Virus record (IMG/VR): IMGVR_UViG_3300037785_000027
Location: 1 to 27,807 of that record
Strand: one strand, 5' to 3'
Source: a virus
Lineage: Duplodnaviria > Caudoviricetes
DNA: 27,807 nt
How positions within the stretch are numbered: the first letter of the stretch is position 1; every line of letters begins with the position of its first letter. Of the stretch, positions 24,427 through 27,807 are shown piece by piece. Position numbers and translations under genes: made by a program. The notes under the pieces are model-generated. The model did not search any database. It was not told the origin of the DNA and worked only from the letters and a program-made list of their open reading frames with translations.

Positions 24427-24833
24427 TGGGTAGTCTCTGCTCGGAATACTGGAACTCTTGCTTTGACCGCTCGGCTGATCATGTCTTCGGTTCCTTTACC
24501 ACCTGGGAACGCCAACACCATATTTGGCTGCCCCTCTTCTAGCATACGCTGGTTGCGAATCGGACCAGCTCTGCGCCCATGAGTTTTCCAGTCTGCCTTG
24601 AAGACCCTCACTGGTACGTCATTCTCTCTGGCCCACTCCTCAGCTAAAGTGTCTGCACCCGGAGCGCCCCCGGAGATCACGACAAGGCAATCTCCGAGTT
24701 TTTCTAACGCCCCGTCGAGGTAAGAGTAGACGATTTCTCTGTGGTTGTAGTCGCGTCCACCACAGACTATAAGTCGCGCTTCTTTACCCGCCAAAAGAAG
24801 TCCCTCCGCTGGTACGACCAGCGCCAAACCCAC
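24423..24833 (-). CDS. SLOG-superfamily (DUF2493/YspA-like) protein
   Basis: Motifs VCGGRDY, SGGAPGAD, AGPIRNQRM and AFPGGKGTEDM; exact start uncertain. Confidence 0.85.
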   Translation of the reverse strand: MGLALVVPAEGLLLAGKEARLIVCGGRDYNHREIVYSYLDGALEKLGDCLVVISGGAPGADTLAEEWARENDVPVRVFKADWKTHGRRAGPIRNQRMLEEGQPNMVLAFPGGKGTEDMISRAVKARVPVFRAETTQ

Positions 24834-25428
24834 CAGTCGAGCGAGCTACCGGTGCAGGACGTGCAGAGGTGAAGCCCGTGGCAGGGCGCGCTTGAGTAGT
24901 GCTGGTGAAGCGCGGCGAGGTGCTCGGTGCCGAACGTAGCGACCGATCGATGCTCTGGAACCCAGGACGACGCGCTACCGTGCTAAAACCACTCCCGTTG
25001 TTGATGAGATAGCTGTTACGGTCTTCGCGGTTGTTGTACATCGGGCGACCAGACCCAGACAGCGCGTTGCCAATCAGGTACCCAGCCATCAGCGGTAGAA
25101 GGAACGACCCACCGTCGCTGTCCGTTCGAGCCACGCAGTTGCCTACCCCGTGAATCTCTTCACAAGTAGCTGTGTCGTTGTAGCGAGGAGCCACGCGGTC
25201 GTGCTCCGCGGTGGCGCCAGCAAAGCCTTCTTCGCATAGCTCCGGGGTGATGGTGTCACTCGATCGGCTAGCCGTAATGCAAGCATCCATAGACTCGAAT
25301 ACGCGCCCACCATTCTGTGTGGGATCCTCGACTTGACAAGCTGATAGAGCCAGCGCCGAAACCATAGCTCCAGTCAGGACGAACCCTCGGGTGATGTTTC
25401 CTCGTTTCACGTTGCTTCCTTTCATCAT
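24784..25428 (-). CDS. DUF1190 (YgiB/YjfM-like) lipoprotein
   Basis: Lipobox LSAC; APRY...CEEIHGVGNC; FLLPLMAGYLIG; low-complexity tail ending GGFGAGRTSGGTSFGG. Confidence 0.9.
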   Translation of the reverse strand: MMKGSNVKRGNITRGFVLTGAMVSALALSACQVEDPTQNGGRVFESMDACITASRSSDTITPELCEEGFAGATAEHDRVAPRYNDTATCEEIHGVGNCVARTDSDGGSFLLPLMAGYLIGNALSGSGRPMYNNREDRNSYLINNGSGFSTVARRPGFQSIDRSLRSAPSTSPRFTSTTQARPATGFTSARPAPVARSTGGFGAGRTSGGTSFGG

Positions 25429-26588
25429 TATGCAATCAGGTGAGGTTTGAAGCGGCTCAAGTTCTGCGTGATCCGACTCTTGTCTTCTCGAATACCCATT
25501 CCAACGCAGTCTCGGCCGACGATCCAGCTCCCGATGACGGGTCGCGCCCCGTTGAAGTTAGGAAGCTCTACGTATTTTTGCACAATCTTGGTGTGCTGAT
25601 TGTATGTAGTGTCACCAGCCGACTCTTCCAGCTGGCCGTTGTTGAAGATGTCGATGGACGATCCCTCCCGAGAGAAGATCGGCTTTCGAACATACTGGCT
25701 ACCAAGGTCCGCTTGCTCTTCACCCTCAAAGTAGGCAGGGAGAAGATTCTTGTGCCCCTTGAACTTGTTCCACAGAACCGGTAGGATAGCTTTGTTCGAC
25801 ACGATAGCTTTCCACGGTGGTTCGAACATACGTACGCCCGACGACTTCAGGTAGACAGCGAAGTCATCCCGAAGCATGTCTTCCCACGGGTACAGCTTGA
25901 ACATCTGGTCGATGTACTCCTCGTTCACCGAGGACATGAACTGTCCGTTCTCTGCAATGGCGATATGTTCGGTCGCCACGTACTCGACTCGGAACCCAGC
26001 ATCCGAAGCAGCCCATGCCAGAGTCTCCACCGTGGCGTAGTCTTCGACGTTTTCTGGACCACCGACCGAGGAGAAGTAGAAGGGAAGGTCTTCGGTCATG
26101 TAGTAACGAATGTGCTCCAGACGTTTCACCAGGGCTTCGTAGATCGAATTGAACTGGTCCTTGTCTTTCGCCACATCTTCGAGCCATTCCCACTGGTACA
26201 TCGCCGCTTCGTACAGAGAAGTCGGGGTGTCGCCGTTGTACTCCAGCATCTTGGCGGGGCCAGTTCCGTCGTACACCAAGTCGAATCGGCCGTAAAGCTC
26301 GGGTTCGTCCTTCTTGTAAGACTGCGCCACGTAGTCCCAGTGTTGCTCCGGAATCCCGAACTTTGCCATCAGGCTCTCATCGGCGATAACATCGGCGACC
26401 GCATCGCGAACCATAGCGTGTAGCTCAGTGGACGGATCCTCGATGTCGTCTTCGACCTGCTTCAGGTTAAATTCGTAGTACGAAGATTCGTCCCAGTAGG
26501 TCTCTCCGTACATAGTGTGGAAGTCGAACCCGGCTTCTTCGGCAATCTGTTGCCAGTTCTCACGGGGTTGGGTTTCGATACGTTTCAT
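25428..26588 (-). CDS. glutathionylspermidine-synthase-like ATP-grasp ligase (YgiC/YjfC family)
   Basis: Motifs YWDES, LYGRFD, KMLEYNGDTPT, FKLYPWE, EPPWK, SNKAILP, KPIFSREG, GIRED and SRFKPH. Confidence 0.95.
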   Translation of the reverse strand: MKRIETQPRENWQQIAEEAGFDFHTMYGETYWDESSYYEFNLKQVEDDIEDPSTELHAMVRDAVADVIADESLMAKFGIPEQHWDYVAQSYKKDEPELYGRFDLVYDGTGPAKMLEYNGDTPTSLYEAAMYQWEWLEDVAKDKDQFNSIYEALVKRLEHIRYYMTEDLPFYFSSVGGPENVEDYATVETLAWAASDAGFRVEYVATEHIAIAENGQFMSSVNEEYIDQMFKLYPWEDMLRDDFAVYLKSSGVRMFEPPWKAIVSNKAILPVLWNKFKGHKNLLPAYFEGEEQADLGSQYVRKPIFSREGSSIDIFNNGQLEESAGDTTYNQHTKIVQKYVELPNFNGARPVIGSWIVGRDCVGMGIREDKSRITQNLSRFKPHLIA

Positions 26589-26605
26589 TTTTCAGACCAT
26601 TCCTT

Positions 26606-26782
26606 TCAGTCACACATGCCCAGCCAGGCAGCGACGGCGGCTTTATCTCCAAGGAGAAGAGCCCGAGCGCCACACTCTTGGAAGGTGTACACGGCGTTTG
26701 CGATCCCAAGGAGAAAGAAAATAAAGAACAGGATCCGGAACCAAACCGGGATGTCTTGCCACATTTGCCACATTTCAGTCAT
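26606..26782 (-). CDS. 58-aa membrane protein (absent from ORF track)
   Basis: MTEMWQMWQDIPVWFRILFFIFFLLGIANAVYTFQECGARALLLGDKAAVAAWLGMCD; AGGAG RBS; fills the gap. Confidence 0.65.
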   Translation of the reverse strand: MTEMWQMWQDIPVWFRILFFIFFLLGIANAVYTFQECGARALLLGDKAAVAAWLGMCD

Positions 26783-26788
26783 CTCCTA

Positions 26789-27772
26789 TCAGCTTACAAC
26801 ACCAATGTAATACACTGTGGCTCCAATGTCAACAACTTCTTCGTCCACCGAGATGATATTGGTGCCGTAGCCGTTGTCGTACCCGATGAAGCGATATCCC
26901 ACAGCCGATAGCTGGTCGACTAGCTCTTTCACCGAAGTTCGATTCTTGTTGACCATCTGCATGATAGTCGGCGCTTCGGTGCTGGTAGAGATAGAGTTCA
27001 GGACCTTTGCCGCTCCTGGAGACTGCACCGCCCGAGCCAGTTCATCTGTGGTGTTATCGTGTAGAGCGACGACCCTAGAGAACGTAGCTTCTAGAATGTC
27101 CGCTGTAGCTTTGTCGGATACGTGAGCTACCGCTTGAGCATAGCTAGAGTCTCGGTTTAGCATGGCCGCTAGTTTGAACGCGTCCCCGTCCGATGACATG
27201 ATGACGACGTGGTCCGCTTCGGTTGCCGCAGCCCTAGTGTAAGACTCTTGGTCGCATAGTACATCGGTCCATACCCAAGAAACCCGTGGTAGCGACTTGA
27301 CTCGGTCGGAGATTTCCTCAGAGACCACGACGATATCTTGATAGTAGCCCGACAACCGAAGGTCGTTGATCAAGCGCGCAGTTTGCTTTGGCACGAAACC
27401 AAAGATGACAATGTGTCCGGTCATATCTGAGAAGTCTCCTAGTCCATTGCGAGTTCGTTCGATGGAAGCAGTAACGGCGCTAGCAATCTTACCGACTACT
27501 GCGCCAAAGATCAAGAGGGAGAATGGAATGACGAAGAGCGAGTGGAATAGACGACCCGCATCGGTAGATGGGCTTAGGTCTCCGTAACCGACTGTAGACG
27601 CAGTCACCATGTAGAAGTAGGTGTACGTCACTGGATCCGAGACCAAGTCTTCTTCACCAGCTAGAGACAGCCCAACGTAAGTCAAGCTGGCGTGTAGAAT
27701 CGTAACCGCAAGAATGAGGCTAGCGCTAGCAGCGCAAGCCTTTCTCCAGATTCTCCTAAAGAACAGCATCAC
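26789..27772 (-). CDS. two-TM potassium channel with C-terminal RCK/TrkA-N-like domain
   Basis: Selectivity filter TASTVGYGD between two TM helices; HIVIFG Rossmann start with a degenerate GxGxxG. Confidence 0.92.
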   Translation of the reverse strand: MMLFFRRIWRKACAASASLILAVTILHASLTYVGLSLAGEEDLVSDPVTYTYFYMVTASTVGYGDLSPSTDAGRLFHSLFVIPFSLLIFGAVVGKIASAVTASIERTRNGLGDFSDMTGHIVIFGFVPKQTARLINDLRLSGYYQDIVVVSEEISDRVKSLPRVSWVWTDVLCDQESYTRAAATEADHVVIMSSDGDAFKLAAMLNRDSSYAQAVAHVSDKATADILEATFSRVVALHDNTTDELARAVQSPGAAKVLNSISTSTEAPTIMQMVNKNRTSVKELVDQLSAVGYRFIGYDNGYGTNIISVDEEVVDIGATVYYIGVVS

Positions 27773-27807
27773 ACATCCCTTTGTTCGCGCTCCCAGACAG
27801 CAATAGG
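27769..27807 (-). CDS. 3' end of an upstream gene (partial)
   Basis: ...PIAVWEREQRDV-stop overlaps the channel start; too short to assign. Confidence 0.35.
   Translation of the reverse strand, partial: PIAVWEREQRDV

Noticed and set aside
25428-26588. Bona fide glutathionylspermidine synthetase/amidase (Gss)
   Set aside because: It lacks the N-terminal CHAP amidase domain and pairs with DUF1190, placing it in the YgiC/YjfC subfamily, whose substrate is not established.
1-27807. tRNA genes or alternative genetic code
   Set aside because: I saw no cloverleaf or T-loop context in the short intergenic gaps. Conserved genes read through intact in code 11 and all three stop codons are used.

Overview
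A fragment of a large lytic T4-like myophage genome. Supporting genes include RNase H next to a DUF6433-like gene, PhoH, a PD-(D/E)XK exonuclease, a gp30.2-like HAD protein, glutaredoxin, a PAAR spike tip and a 57B/Acb1 homologue. The host is probably an alphaproteobacterium, inferred from promoter style and one gene family. Every gene I accept is on the minus strand and they are tightly packed. Highlights: (1) a dispersed but unusually complete tRNA/RNA repair set (HD-domain CCA enzyme, Thg1-like protein, two RNA ligases of different families, two calcineurin-like phosphoesterases, PTH2-like hydrolase); (2) an operon of K+ channel, small membrane protein, YgiC/YjfC ATP-grasp ligase and a DUF1190 lipoprotein ending in Gly-Gly, followed by SLOG and cupin genes; (3) an Acb1-like 2H phosphoesterase; (4) 13 minus-strand TTGAC-N17 promoters, several sharing a TCTTGTAA element; (5) one perfect-consensus antisense promoter; (6) a T4-style late promoter plus RBS-occluding hairpin in front of a signal-anchored protein. 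I saw no tRNA genes, CRISPR arrays or IS elements. All family assignments come from motif recognition by eye, not database searches.
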